Part shown: piece by piece, positions 1 through 10,454 of the stretch
Position numbering within the stretch: position 1 is the first letter of the stretch
Layout of the letters: the number at the start of each line of letters is the position of its first letter
Assembly (NCBI GenBank): GCA_964544085.1
Contig: CAZIZT010000027.1
Location: 33,676-97,675, forward strand
Source: an uncultured Desulfurellales bacterium
GTDB lineage: Bacteria > Campylobacterota_A > Desulfurellia > Desulfurellales > Hippeaceae
Reading direction: 5' to 3'
Length of the DNA: 64,000 bases
Translations under genes and position numbers: made by a program
The notes under the pieces: model-generated
Database searches by the model: none
The model's input: the letters and a program-made list of their open reading frames with translations, nothing else
Told to the model about the DNA's origin: nothing

Positions 1-519
1 CTTGTTGACATAAAGCAGGTTTCCCCTGTTTATGTGAATTTTTCCATTCCTGATTCCGATATGGCTCGCATGAACAGGATGGTTGCAGCAGGTTACTGGG
101 TCAGAAAGAAGCATTGCACAGCCTATATAAAAGAGGCAAAGAAGGCCGTGAGTGGACAAGTGGATTACATCAGTCCCACAATTGATCCAGAGACATCGAC
201 AATATCAGCACGTGCCGTTTTTAAGAACAACCTTCACCGGCTCGTGCCAGGTCAATTTGTTAAGCTCTACGTCTCTTGTGCTGTAGCAAGGAATGTGATT
301 TTTGTGCCTGCAGAGGCGGTGATTCAGACAAAAAACGGTAAGATTGTTTTTGTTATAAAAGAGGGCAGGGTGGTAATTAGGCCTATAAAGGCTGAGGTTG
401 CTAAGAATGGCTTCATTGTGCTTGCCGGCCTTAAACCTGGTGAGCTTGTAATTGTCGATAACTTTTTCAGGATCAGGCCGGGTGCAGCTGTGAAAGTGGA
501 TAAGATAATTAACAGATGA
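1..519 (+). CDS. RND efflux periplasmic adaptor (HlyD/AcrA family), C-terminal fragment; 5' end lies outside the window
   Basis: Frame 1 is open from base 1, and the track ORF 34..519 is its in-frame tail. The C-terminal region looks like a membrane-fusion protein. Its stop overlaps the start of the downstream RND pump (ATGA at 516-519). Confidence 0.7.
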   Translation, partial: LVDIKQVSPVYVNFSIPDSDMARMNRMVAAGYWVRKKHCTAYIKEAKKAVSGQVDYISPTIDPETSTISARAVFKNNLHRLVPGQFVKLYVSCAVARNVIFVPAEAVIQTKNGKIVFVIKEGRVVIRPIKAEVAKNGFIVLAGLKPGELVIVDNFFRIRPGAAVKVDKIINR

Positions 520-3500
520 TTTCCCGTTTTTTTATAAACAGGCCCATATTTGCAGGAGTAATAGCTGTAGCGATTGTCATTGCTGGTTTGCTTGCTCTTA
601 GGGGGTTGCCTGTTAAGGAGTATCCAAACATAGTTCCGCCAAACGTCTCCGTTAGTGCAATGTATCCTGGTGCGGATCCACAGACACTGTTAAAGAGTGT
701 TGCTGCTCCCCTTGAAGAGGCAATAAACGGCGTAAAAAATATGATTTACATCACTTCGATTGCATCATCCGACGGCTCTGTCAATGTTATTGTTACATTC
801 AAGGTGGGCACAGATCCGGATATTGCCAAAATAGATGTGAACAACAGGGTTCAAATGGCGCTGAACAAGCTGCCCGAGGAGGTGCGACGACTCGGTGTGG
901 TTGTAAGGGAAAGCTCACCGGATCTGCTTGAATTTATTGCTTTTACATCCAGAGGAAACAGAAGAAATGTTGTGAACCTTGCAAATTACGTGCTGATCAA
1001 TGTGCTGGATAGCCTAAAAAGGATACCCGGTGTTGGAGATGCCAAGATATACGGTAGAGAAAACTATTCGATGCGCATCTGGATAGAACCTGATAAGCTG
1101 GCACTCTATCATCTCACTGTTGATGATGTGATAGCAGCCATAAAAGAGCAAAACAACCAGTATCCTGTGGGGAAGATAGCCCAGGCTCCAATGGGCAACA
1201 AACCGGTTTACACATACAGCGTAATTACGTCGGGCAGACTGAAAAGTGTAAAGCAATTTGAGAATATTGTTATCCGTACTAACCCCGATGGTTCGTCGCT
1301 CAGGTTGAAGGATGTGGCAAGGGTGGAGCTCGGTTCTGAGGGCTATTCGGTGATCGGTGATTATAACGGCAAACCAATGGTGCCTGTGGGTATATTCCTC
1401 TCACCTGGTGCAAATGCCCTCACCGTTGCAAAACGAGTCAGGCAAACACTTAAGGAGTTGTCGAAGAGCTTTCCGCCGGATATCACATACATCGTACCGT
1501 ATGACACCACACGTTTTATCAAGGCTTCTATAAGAGAGGTAGAATTTACATTTATTGCTGCAATTGCCCTTGTTGTTTTTATTATTTATCTGTTCCTTGG
1601 TAGCTTAAGAGCCACGCTTATACCGGTACTTGCCATTCCCGTTTCCCTGATAGGTACATTCGCCGGTTTCTGGCTGTTTGGGTTTTCGATAAACCTGCTT
1701 ACATTGTTTGGAATGATCCTTGCCATAGGTCTTGTGGTGGATGATGCCATCGTTGTTATTGAAAATGTTGACAGAATCATGAAGAGTGAAGGTTTACCCT
1801 CGAAGGAAGCGACCATTAAAGCTATGGGAGAGATAACATCACCTATCATTGCTATTGTGCTTGTTCTTGCCAGCGTTTTTGTGCCTGCATCCTTTGTAGG
1901 TGGTTTCAGCGGTAAGATGTACCAGCAGTTTGCTATAACCATAGCCATATCGATTGTCATATCCGGCTTTGTTGCACTCAGTCTTACACCGGCTCTGTGT
2001 GCTCTAATACTGAGATCTGGAGGTGTGAAGCCTGTTGCACCGATAAGATTGTTCAATAGGCTATTTGAACGGGTTACAGCGCTGTTCGGTTCATCTGTCA
2101 GGGTTGCCATCCGTTTATGGTTTGTTGCACTTGTGATTTTCGCAGGTATTCTTCTGGCATCCGGTTGGTTGGTTCGGATGATTCCAAAGGGGCTTGTGCC
2201 AGAGGAAGACAAAGGAGCAATTTTTGTGCTTGCTCAACTAATGCCGGGCTATTCGGTATATCAGACGGAGAAGGTAAACAGATACATAACAAAGGTGGCA
2301 CTCAAGAATCCGTATGTTAAGAGCGTTGCATCTGTAGCAGGTTTTGACATCTCGTCCCAGTCGTTGAGGCCTAATGCTTCTCTGATATTTCTGGATTTGA
2401 AGGATTGGTCCAAGAGAAAGTCTCCAGATGCCAGCTCCTTTGCCATTGCCGGTTATTTTATGCGCAGGTTCTATACCTACAAGAAAGCTCTTGTTTTCGC
2501 CGTCAATCCCCCACCCATTATGGGTATGAGTACGACAGGTGGTTTTGATATGTATGTACAGGATAGGCTTAATGATGACCCTGAAGAGCTTGCAAAATAC
2601 GTAAATAGGCTGGTCAGGGCTGCAAATAGATCTGGCAAACTCATGATGGTAAGAACTTCCCTGACCACGAATACACCTCGCTATAGACTTGTTGTAGATA
2701 AGCAAAAGGCGCTAAGTGACGGTGTGGATCTCTCATCCCTGTACCAGACCATTGCAGCTCTCTATGGATCCTACTATGTCAACGATTTCAATCTATATGG
2801 GCGTGTATTTCACGTAAATTTAGAGGCTGATTGGCCCTATCGTGAATCACCACAGGATTACCGCTTTGTGTTTGTGAGAAACAATAAGGGTGAATTTGTG
2901 CCATTAAGCAGCCTTGTTAAGGTAGTACCAGACGTTGGTCCTGATGTGCTTGAGCACTTCAATCTGTTTCTGGCAGCTCACATCTCAGGTAGTCCTGCAT
3001 TTGGATATACATCTGGAGATGCCATAAAGACCATGGAACAACTTGCACACAAAATCTTACCCGCCGGTTTCACCATATCGTGGTCGGGTTCCTCGTATCA
3101 ACAATTAAAAGCCTCAAGAGAGGGTAATCGGGTATTTATATACGTGGTGATTTTCGTGTTTATGATACTGGCAGCCCTCTACGAGAGTTTACTTGTCCCG
3201 TTTTCCATAATGCTGGTGGTGCCTTTTGCACTTTTCGGAGCTGTAGTTGCGCTGTTTTTGATGAGGCTTGAAAACGATATATACTTTCAGGTCGGTATAA
3301 TCACACTAATTGGTTTGTCTGCAAAGAACGCTATACTGCTTGTTGAGTTTGCTATTGATGGATTGAAGAGGGGATTGACGCTTGTTGATGCCGCTGTGGA
3401 AGCTGCCAAGATAAGATTGAGACCTATCGTGATGACATCTTTTGCCTTTATAGCCGGTACACTCCCTCTTGTTTTGAGCAGCGGTGCTGGTGCCAATTCC

Positions 3501-3614
3501 AGGCATATAGTTGGCGCAACAGTTGTTGGTGGTATGTTGCTGCAAACGTTGATCGGTACCCTTTTCATACCGTTATTTTTCTGGATTGTGATGCGTTTAG
3601 CGGGGAAACGGTAA
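516..3614 (+). CDS. RND efflux transporter permease (AcrB/AcrD/AcrF family)
   Basis: 1032 aa with N-terminal TM1, large periplasmic loops and the TM4 region GLVVDDAIVVIENV typical of RND pumps. Translationally coupled to the upstream adaptor. Confidence 0.9.
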   Translation: MISRFFINRPIFAGVIAVAIVIAGLLALRGLPVKEYPNIVPPNVSVSAMYPGADPQTLLKSVAAPLEEAINGVKNMIYITSIASSDGSVNVIVTFKVGTDPDIAKIDVNNRVQMALNKLPEEVRRLGVVVRESSPDLLEFIAFTSRGNRRNVVNLANYVLINVLDSLKRIPGVGDAKIYGRENYSMRIWIEPDKLALYHLTVDDVIAAIKEQNNQYPVGKIAQAPMGNKPVYTYSVITSGRLKSVKQFENIVIRTNPDGSSLRLKDVARVELGSEGYSVIGDYNGKPMVPVGIFLSPGANALTVAKRVRQTLKELSKSFPPDITYIVPYDTTRFIKASIREVEFTFIAAIALVVFIIYLFLGSLRATLIPVLAIPVSLIGTFAGFWLFGFSINLLTLFGMILAIGLVVDDAIVVIENVDRIMKSEGLPSKEATIKAMGEITSPIIAIVLVLASVFVPASFVGGFSGKMYQQFAITIAISIVISGFVALSLTPALCALILRSGGVKPVAPIRLFNRLFERVTALFGSSVRVAIRLWFVALVIFAGILLASGWLVRMIPKGLVPEEDKGAIFVLAQLMPGYSVYQTEKVNRYITKVALKNPYVKSVASVAGFDISSQSLRPNASLIFLDLKDWSKRKSPDASSFAIAGYFMRRFYTYKKALVFAVNPPPIMGMSTTGGFDMYVQDRLNDDPEELAKYVNRLVRAANRSGKLMMVRTSLTTNTPRYRLVVDKQKALSDGVDLSSLYQTIAALYGSYYVNDFNLYGRVFHVNLEADWPYRESPQDYRFVFVRNNKGEFVPLSSLVKVVPDVGPDVLEHFNLFLAAHISGSPAFGYTSGDAIKTMEQLAHKILPAGFTISWSGSSYQQLKASREGNRVFIYVVIFVFMILAALYESLLVPFSIMLVVPFALFGAVVALFLMRLENDIYFQVGIITLIGLSAKNAILLVEFAIDGLKRGLTLVDAAVEAAKIRLRPIVMTSFAFIAGTLPLVLSSGAGANSRHIVGATVVGGMLLQTLIGTLFIPLFFWIVMRLAGKR

Positions 3615-3615
3615 C

Positions 3616-4281
3616 ATGAAGCAGCTTATTGTGCATCCATGGGAGGTTTCAGCAACCCAGGCAGTAAAAATACAGCGTGAGTTGTTTAAGCGCTTTGAGA
3701 CAAAAAGGTTTTCGGCTGATGGTATCAGACTTGTTGCCGGTATTGATGCAGCTTACGACAAGGGGAGGGGTCTAACCATTGCCGGAGCTGTTGTGTACAA
3801 TGTGGCGGATGGCTCTGTAAAAGAGGAGAAATATGCTGTGATTCCCACAAGATTCCCTTATGTGCCCGGTCTGTTAGCCTTTAGAGAGGGTGAGGCTATA
3901 TGCAGAGTGCTTGAGTCACTTGAAAGCATACCTGAGTGTTTGATGTTCGACGGTCACGGTTATGCTCATCCTCGAAGGATGGGTATTGCTACGCATATCG
4001 GTATACTGTTCGGTATGCCATCCCTTGGGTGTGCCAAGCGAAAACTGATTGGAAACTTTGATCAGAGCAAGGATGAGGATTTCCTTGTTCATAATGGTGA
4101 GATCGTCGGTGTCGCTCTGAGAACCAAGCCACATACCCGCCACATATTCATCTCCGTGGGTAACATGATGAGGCTTGAGGATGCAAAAGAGATTGTTCTG
4201 GCGTGCTTACGCGGTTACAAACTGCCTGAACCCACAAGGCTTGCAGATGCCTACGTTGCCAGAGTGAAAAGGGAGATTTAG
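3616..4281 (+). CDS. nfi: Endonuclease V (deoxyinosine 3' endonuclease)
   Basis: 221 aa. Motifs AGIDAAY, PYVPGLLAFREG and DGHGYAHPRRMGIATHIG match the endonuclease V family. Confidence 0.85.
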   Translation: MKQLIVHPWEVSATQAVKIQRELFKRFETKRFSADGIRLVAGIDAAYDKGRGLTIAGAVVYNVADGSVKEEKYAVIPTRFPYVPGLLAFREGEAICRVLESLESIPECLMFDGHGYAHPRRMGIATHIGILFGMPSLGCAKRKLIGNFDQSKDEDFLVHNGEIVGVALRTKPHTRHIFISVGNMMRLEDAKEIVLACLRGYKLPEPTRLADAYVARVKREI

Positions 4282-4300
4282 CGCCAACGGGCGGGGTTTA

Positions 4301-5185
4301 TTGGTTATGAGTACTCAGGCTCTTGCCATCGTTATCTTCTCTGCACTGATGCACTCTACGTATAATTTTCTTTACAAGTTAAGCAAAAACAAGATCATCT
4401 ATCTCTGGTCAATGTTCTCTGTTGCAATAGTTATAATGACGCTGTTTGGGATATTTGGCGATGGTGTAACCATACTGCCGAATACCAGAACCATTCTTCT
4501 TGCAGCGCTTGCTGCCGTATTTTTTACAATGTATCAGATATTTACAGGTAAGGCTTATGCACTTGCTGAGGGTGATCTGTCTGTAGCGTATCCGCTGAGC
4601 ATAACAGCGCCGCTTTACATTCCGTTTCTTGCTTATATTCTCATTGGAGAACGCATTTCGCCGCGGGTGTATGCTGGAATAGTGCTTGCCCTTGTTGGCA
4701 GCTATCTCTTACAGCAGAAAAGCACTTTGAGGCGTTTGAGATTGGGCAAGGTGGATTTAAGGAAGAGACATATCCGTTACGCTGCTTTTGCTGGTTTTAT
4801 CTACTCTTTTGGCGCTATAGTGGATAAGGTGGGTGTGGGAAAACACGCTTTTTTTACATATACCTATTGGGTGGTGATTTTCATGTTTTGCTATATGAGC
4901 GCAAACATTCTTATAAGAAAAAATCTGAGGTCAGCGATATTCACCTGTCATAGAGATTCGCTGCCGCTTGTATTATTGGGTGGAGCAATCCTCACACTCT
5001 CTTTTCTTTCATATCGTTTTGCCCTTCAACTTGCCAGTGTTTCCTCCGTTGCTGGAGCCCGTCAAATCAGCTCTCTATTTGGAGTGCTTATGGGTATCTT
5101 CATTCTGAAAGAACCATACGGCTCCATACGGTTTGTGGCCACCCTCTTTATCGTGGCAGGAATAATGCTGATAAAAGCCGGGTAG
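4301..5185 (+). CDS. EamA/DMT-superfamily membrane transporter
   Basis: 294 aa with about 10 hydrophobic helices in two halves, as in drug/metabolite transporters. The start is uncertain (TTG 4301 or ATG 4307). Confidence 0.6.
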   Translation: MVMSTQALAIVIFSALMHSTYNFLYKLSKNKIIYLWSMFSVAIVIMTLFGIFGDGVTILPNTRTILLAALAAVFFTMYQIFTGKAYALAEGDLSVAYPLSITAPLYIPFLAYILIGERISPRVYAGIVLALVGSYLLQQKSTLRRLRLGKVDLRKRHIRYAAFAGFIYSFGAIVDKVGVGKHAFFTYTYWVVIFMFCYMSANILIRKNLRSAIFTCHRDSLPLVLLGGAILTLSFLSYRFALQLASVSSVAGARQISSLFGVLMGIFILKEPYGSIRFVATLFIVAGIMLIKAG

Positions 5186-5193
5186 CCTGCTAT

Positions 5194-7326
5194 TTATATA
5201 GAGACGTACTCCTCAAAGAACTCCGCAAGGTGCATAACATTAACGTTTAAAGCCTTCTTCTTGAGACCTCCATCTATCTGCATTACACACCCGGGACACT
5301 CGGTTAGCACCACATTTGCCCCTGTCGATTTTATGTTTTCTATTTTCCTTTCCAGTATAGCGCTTGAAATCTCCGGGTAGTCAAAGGAAAAACTCCCGCC
5401 GAAACCACAGCAATGATCGGCTTCTGGAAGTTCAACAAAGTTTTCGCCGAGAAGTTCTTTAAGAAACGGCTCTATGTTCAGGTTAAGCCCTCGGGATTGG
5501 TGACAGGGCGCATGGTAGGTAAATTTTACATCACCGGGACCTGTGTAGTGTACTTTCTCATGTTGTAAGTACTCTGAAAGCATGACTATTTTTGGAAGGA
5601 TAGCCTTCAGTTTTTTGATCTCATCCGGCTCATCAAAGAGCAGTTTCTCCATTAGGTGAATGTAGGTCGATGCGCAGGTAGGACAGAGCATCACGTATGC
5701 ATCATACCTTTCAGGGTTGCCCAGGTACTTGAGGTTATTGATCATCGTCTTTTTGGCTGACTGTCTATCTCCGTCGTGCATAGCTGGTAACCCGCAACAG
5801 ACGCTTCGTGCTGGTATGTCAACATCGATGCGTGCCTTTCTGAGCAATTTGACCAGTGCCACACCTACCTGTGGATAAATATACTCAATAGCACACCCGG
5901 GATAGAAGAAAACCCTTTTTCTTGCAGTAGTATTCAGCGGTTGAATCTCCTTAAACATATCGCTGAAGCTCACCTGTTTGGGGGTAGGTAGATTTCTGAA
6001 GCTGTGTGAACCGAAGAGGGCTGGCTTAATATAACCCTTTTCGCTAACAGGCTTGATTATACCTCCTGCCAGCTTGGTTATGGTTTTCATGCTTGTGGGT
6101 TTGCTTAGAATTTGCGAATATACCATTTTCTTCAGCGGCGAAATACCAAACTTTTCCTTCGATGCTGCATTGAGAGCCATAATGAGATGTTGTATGTCAA
6201 TGTTAGCAGGACAGATACTGCTGCAGGCTCTACAACCTGTGCACAGTTCAAGCAGATTGCGTGATTTTTCTGCCCCATGATACATTGCGGTTAGCACAAC
6301 GCCGATAGGTCCGGTATAGATGTGGCCGAATACATGCCCTCCAACAGACCCATAAACCGGGCATACGTTTGCACACGAGCCGCAGCGAATGCATCTATAT
6401 GCTTCTCTAATGAGTGGATTGTCGAATAAGGCAAGCCTGCCGTTGTCGAGGAATACGTAATGAATCTCCTTTGTGCCGGTTTCATTTTTTATCGAATCGA
6501 GTGCCCCTTTTATCCAGCTAACATAAACCGATATAATCTGACCGGTTGCGTTTTTTGGAAGCAGTCTTAACACCTTTAGGGCTTCGTCGAAGCTTCTTAC
6601 GAGTTTTTCGTACCCGAGAATGACAAAGTGTACAGGGGGTATTGTGGTTACAAGCCTGCCATTTCCCTCGTTTGTCACGATACCAATGGCGCCCGATTCT
6701 GCAACCGCTATATTTGCACCACTTATACCTGCCTGCGCCTGAAAGTAGTGACGCCTTAGAACGCGTCGCGCTATCTTGACCATCTTCTCAATGTCGTTTT
6801 CATCAACATCTTCACCGGTGTGTTTTCTGAACAATTCTGCAACCTGATGCCTATTTTTATGAATTGCTGGCATTATCATGTGTGATGGCTTCTCACCGGC
6901 AAGCTGAATAATCCATTCACCTAAATCCGTTTCAATGGGTGTGATACCTTCCTTCTCAAGGTATGCATTCAAGCCTATTTCTTCTGCTGTCATGGATTTG
7001 GATTTGACGACGGTCGTTATCCTTTTTTGCTTGCAGATATCCGTGATGTATTTGCAGGCTTCGTCTGCATCCTTTGCCTGATAAACAATTCCACCGGATT
7101 TTTCTACATTGCTTTTAAAAAGAGAAAATAACTCCATACGCTCGCTCAGAGATAGATCCCTGATTGCACCTACCTGTTTTCGTAGTGTTTCGAAATCCAG
7201 GTTTTCATAAGCCTTGGCAAAGGAGACACGGTAATTTTTAAAAAATGTTCTTAGGTTATGCGTTAAAACATCATCTGACAGAGCCTTTTTTATTCCTGCT
7301 TTGAAACGTGAAGCGGTGTAAAACAT
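5194..7326 (-). CDS. Lactate-utilisation Fe-S protein, LutB-like (LUD domain plus 2x[4Fe-4S]) fused to a LutA/GlcF-like double CCG domain
   Basis: 710 aa. The N-terminal LUD/DUF162 region is followed by CIRCGSCANVCP and CTGCRACSSICP ferredoxin motifs. The C-terminal half has two CCG-type cysteine-rich repeats (SVCCGLP, HCCGFGG, ECPGC). Confidence 0.8.
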   Translation of the reverse strand: MFYTASRFKAGIKKALSDDVLTHNLRTFFKNYRVSFAKAYENLDFETLRKQVGAIRDLSLSERMELFSLFKSNVEKSGGIVYQAKDADEACKYITDICKQKRITTVVKSKSMTAEEIGLNAYLEKEGITPIETDLGEWIIQLAGEKPSHMIMPAIHKNRHQVAELFRKHTGEDVDENDIEKMVKIARRVLRRHYFQAQAGISGANIAVAESGAIGIVTNEGNGRLVTTIPPVHFVILGYEKLVRSFDEALKVLRLLPKNATGQIISVYVSWIKGALDSIKNETGTKEIHYVFLDNGRLALFDNPLIREAYRCIRCGSCANVCPVYGSVGGHVFGHIYTGPIGVVLTAMYHGAEKSRNLLELCTGCRACSSICPANIDIQHLIMALNAASKEKFGISPLKKMVYSQILSKPTSMKTITKLAGGIIKPVSEKGYIKPALFGSHSFRNLPTPKQVSFSDMFKEIQPLNTTARKRVFFYPGCAIEYIYPQVGVALVKLLRKARIDVDIPARSVCCGLPAMHDGDRQSAKKTMINNLKYLGNPERYDAYVMLCPTCASTYIHLMEKLLFDEPDEIKKLKAILPKIVMLSEYLQHEKVHYTGPGDVKFTYHAPCHQSRGLNLNIEPFLKELLGENFVELPEADHCCGFGGSFSFDYPEISSAILERKIENIKSTGANVVLTECPGCVMQIDGGLKKKALNVNVMHLAEFFEEYVSI

Positions 7327-7334
7327 CTCTCACC

Positions 7335-7817
7335 TCACAGATCCGTGAGTATGGTTACCTTCATCGATTCAGGTCCGTGCACACCAAGGGATAGAGACAT
7401 CTCAATATCTGCAGTTCTGCTTGCTCCTGTAACGAAAACGGCGTAAGAGGATCCGTCTTTGGAGAATAGATTCTTCAAATACTCTGCTACATCTTCGAGT
7501 TTTTCGACAATCTTTGATGCTCCAACTACAACGTGCAGCTCGTCGCACAGAGAGGTTGCCCTTCTATAATTCTCGTTACCCCCCTCGAGAATGACGGTTC
7601 CTGTCTCGGCTATGCCATACTGCGCCTCTACAAGTGCTTTTTTTATGCCCATCTCGCCAACATCCGTTTCCCTGTTGGCGCTTTCGTTAAAGGAAAGCTT
7701 TACAAATTCATACTCGTTTGCGTCCAGAGTTTCCATGAAGGTTGCTCTGTCGGTTATTTCGTTTATGTTTCCGACCAGCTCCGAGTATCGAATAAACCTC
7801 TCCAGCAACTCACTCAT
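7335..7817 (-). CDS. lutC: LutC-like lactate-utilisation protein (LUD domain)
   Basis: 160 aa LUD-domain protein (GIAETGTVIL, SRTADIE) lying directly upstream of the LutB-LutA fusion. Confidence 0.7.
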   Translation of the reverse strand: MSELLERFIRYSELVGNINEITDRATFMETLDANEYEFVKLSFNESANRETDVGEMGIKKALVEAQYGIAETGTVILEGGNENYRRATSLCDELHVVVGASKIVEKLEDVAEYLKNLFSKDGSSYAVFVTGASRTADIEMSLSLGVHGPESMKVTILTDL

Positions 7818-9069
7818 TGGATAAACCCTTCTTTATGTTTTCATGTATTGTTTCTATTGGGTGCTTAACCCTTGCATCCAGACCTTTTCTTGAACAGAGA
7901 TCTGCAAGCTGCATTACGCAACCAGGACATGGTGAATAGACGGTTTTAAAGCCTTTTTGGGCAATTTCATTCACCTTTTTTGAGCCGACCTGTGCGGAGT
8001 CCGTGGCGTATTTCAGAGAGAAAGTACCGCCGAACCCACAGCAGGAGTCGTTTTTTAGAGGTTCGAAATCGCATGTTAGCTCATTTTTTATAATATTCTC
8101 TAACAGAGAATCCTTTGAGTGATCATAATGGCATGGTATATGCAGGGTTGATTTGGTGTTTCTTTCAGGTTTTAAGCTAATGTTCAGTTTCTCTTTGATA
8201 TAGACGAGTATATCCAGCATCGGTATATTTATCCTGAGCCCTGTGACCCTTTCACCAAGGTCACTTAATGCCCACTGACATGTAGGACATGCCGTTATCA
8301 CAGCCTCGGCGTCCTTGATGGAGTTGAACCATTCTATGTTCTTTTTTACCATTTTTGCATACAGTTCATCATCTCCCATGGTAGCTGCCGGTATGCCGCA
8401 GCAGATATTTTTTTGAGGAACATAAACCGACACGCCGTATGCATTTAGAACCTCAACAACGGCAACACCCCAGTGTGTGTAGATGTAGTTTATGGCACAT
8501 CCGGGATAGAATATGACCCTTGTTTTTTCGCTCTTTGCTTTGTTCAGGCCTCTATAATGTGAAATGAATGATTCAGATTTTATGGGTGCAATGTAGCGGT
8601 TAAGAAAGAGAGGTTTTACAGTTCCGTCTTTGCCCTTCTTTGAGAGAGTTTTGATTGCAGCACTCAGAAGGGGTTGTGCACCGTCTATGATGGAGCCATG
8701 CCCAACAGCTACTTTCATTGCTGCCCTTTGATAGGCAGGTAGCTTCTCCACCTTTCTCAATGCAGACTTCGCCTTAACAAATATCTCATCTGTTTTTACG
8801 CTGCTTGGACAGAACCGTTTGCATCTGCCGCAGAGTATGCAGTAGTCGAGGTATTTTATTACGCTGTCTGTTTTATCTATTCTGCCTTCAAACAGTGCTT
8901 CTATGAGGGATATTTTTCCCCTTGATACGGATTGCTCAAGGAGATCTTTTTCATACAGCGGGCAGACTGCCTGGCAGATGCCACACTTCATGCATTGCAT
9001 TGTGAGCTCTTCAAGCTGGTTGAGTTGCTTTTTTAGCTTTCTCAAAGAGAACAACATGACTGCTTGCAA
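7810..9069 (-). CDS. (Fe-S)-binding oxidoreductase subunit, GlcF-like (2x[4Fe-4S] plus two CCG domains)
   Basis: 419 aa with CMKCGICQAVCP and CILCGRCKRFCP, then the CCG motifs NICCGIP and SCCGFGG...CPGC. Overlaps lutC by 8 nt. Confidence 0.8.
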   Translation of the reverse strand: MQAVMLFSLRKLKKQLNQLEELTMQCMKCGICQAVCPLYEKDLLEQSVSRGKISLIEALFEGRIDKTDSVIKYLDYCILCGRCKRFCPSSVKTDEIFVKAKSALRKVEKLPAYQRAAMKVAVGHGSIIDGAQPLLSAAIKTLSKKGKDGTVKPLFLNRYIAPIKSESFISHYRGLNKAKSEKTRVIFYPGCAINYIYTHWGVAVVEVLNAYGVSVYVPQKNICCGIPAATMGDDELYAKMVKKNIEWFNSIKDAEAVITACPTCQWALSDLGERVTGLRINIPMLDILVYIKEKLNISLKPERNTKSTLHIPCHYDHSKDSLLENIIKNELTCDFEPLKNDSCCGFGGTFSLKYATDSAQVGSKKVNEIAQKGFKTVYSPCPGCVMQLADLCSRKGLDARVKHPIETIHENIKKGLSNE

Positions 9070-9076
9070 CCTCTTG

Positions 9077-10447
9077 TCAGATTACTTTTCCGGGGTTTAG
9101 AAGATTTTTGGGATCCAGGCCATGTTTTAGTTTACGCATAAATGCCACCGTCTGTTTTCCTACCTCGCTTTCAAGGTATCTGGCTTTCGCAACTCCTATA
9201 CCGTGCTCGCCGCTTAATGTTCCATCCAGCTGTAGTGTACGCTCAAAAATCTCATATATTGCAGCTTCCACCCGTTTGAATTCATCGCTATCCCTTCTGT
9301 CGGTAAGGATAGTCGGATGGAGGTTACCGTCTCCAGCATGTCCAAATGTGCCTATGAGAATATCGTATTTCCTGGATATCTCCTGAATTGCACGCATCAT
9401 ATCAGGTACCTTACTGCGGGGTACTGTGGCATCCTCAAGTATAAGGGTAGGTTTCAACAATGCCAAACTGCTTAAGGCATCCCTGCGTGCCTGCCACAGT
9501 TTGTCCCTGTCTTGTGTGCTTTTTGCAATATGGATTTCACCGTGTAACCGTTTACAGATACGCTCTATTTTTGCATACTCATCTTCAACCGCCTGCGGGT
9601 GGCCATCGACTTCTATGAGGAGTATGGCGTCTGCTGATGTCGGTAAACCTATTCTGTGGAATTTTTCTACCGTTTTTATGGTGAAATTGTCCATAATCTC
9701 AAGCGTTGCCGGTAGTATTTTGGAGGCTATAATCTCTGAGACGCTTCTTGATGCGTCCATTATGTCCCTGTAATAAACGAGCATTGTTTTCCTGGCCTCT
9801 GGGGGCGGAACAAGGCGCAGGATGAACTCCACCATTACGCCAAAAAGTCCTTCGGATGAAAGCATAAGTCCCGGTAGATTGAAACCGGTTACCAGCTTCA
9901 CAGGCTTGCCCCCACCCTTGATCAGGTTGCCTTCTGCATCGAAGAACTTTACACCCATCAGATATCTGTCTGTTACACCGTATTTGAGGGCTCTTAGACC
10001 GCCAGAGTTTTCTGCAACATTGCCCCCTATCGTTGATACCTTCATACTTGCCGGATCGGGTGGGTATAGCAGCCCCTCCTTTTCAACCGCTTCAGCGAGC
10101 TTCTGTGTGACAACGCCTGCCTGCGCAACCACGTATAGATCTTCCTTGTTTATCTCCAGTATACGATTCAATCCTGTAGTAAGCAACACACAGCCGCCTT
10201 TAAGCGGCACGGTGCCACCGCTTAGGTTTGTTCCAGCACCACGGACAATCAATGGCGTGTTGCTTTCTCTGCAAAGCTTGATAATCTTCTGCACCTGCTC
10301 ATAGCTGGTTGGTTGCACCACTATGTCGGGCATATGCGGCTGAATAGGGTATGCATCGTAGCTGTATGTTACCAGGTCTGCCGGATCGTAGAAGCACCTT
10401 TCTTTGCCGACAATCTGTTCAAACCTTTTAAGCAGGCTCCTTTTCAT
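9077..10447 (-). CDS. FAD-binding oxidase, GlcD / D-lactate dehydrogenase family
   Basis: 456 aa. Has a FAD_binding_4-type N-terminus (RGAGTNLSGG) and the C-terminal GTLSGEHGIG motif of GlcD-type oxidases. Confidence 0.85.
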   Translation of the reverse strand: MKRSLLKRFEQIVGKERCFYDPADLVTYSYDAYPIQPHMPDIVVQPTSYEQVQKIIKLCRESNTPLIVRGAGTNLSGGTVPLKGGCVLLTTGLNRILEINKEDLYVVAQAGVVTQKLAEAVEKEGLLYPPDPASMKVSTIGGNVAENSGGLRALKYGVTDRYLMGVKFFDAEGNLIKGGGKPVKLVTGFNLPGLMLSSEGLFGVMVEFILRLVPPPEARKTMLVYYRDIMDASRSVSEIIASKILPATLEIMDNFTIKTVEKFHRIGLPTSADAILLIEVDGHPQAVEDEYAKIERICKRLHGEIHIAKSTQDRDKLWQARRDALSSLALLKPTLILEDATVPRSKVPDMMRAIQEISRKYDILIGTFGHAGDGNLHPTILTDRRDSDEFKRVEAAIYEIFERTLQLDGTLSGEHGIGVAKARYLESEVGKQTVAFMRKLKHGLDPKNLLNPGKVI

Positions 10448-10454
10448 GCGTACC

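Noticed and set aside
1586-2212. Long antisense or out-of-frame ORFs inside well-supported genes. Examples: 1586..2212(-), 2238..2705(-), 9822..10304(+), 19114..19788(-), 20689..21210(-), 40425..40970(+), 43647..44291(+), 50490..51062(-), 51537..52115(-), 53403..53969(-), 63480..63989(-).
   Set aside because: Each lies entirely within, and opposite to or out of frame with, a gene that has clear family motifs. Their translations are low-complexity or compositionally odd, with no recognisable domains or RBS. I treat them as shadow ORFs.
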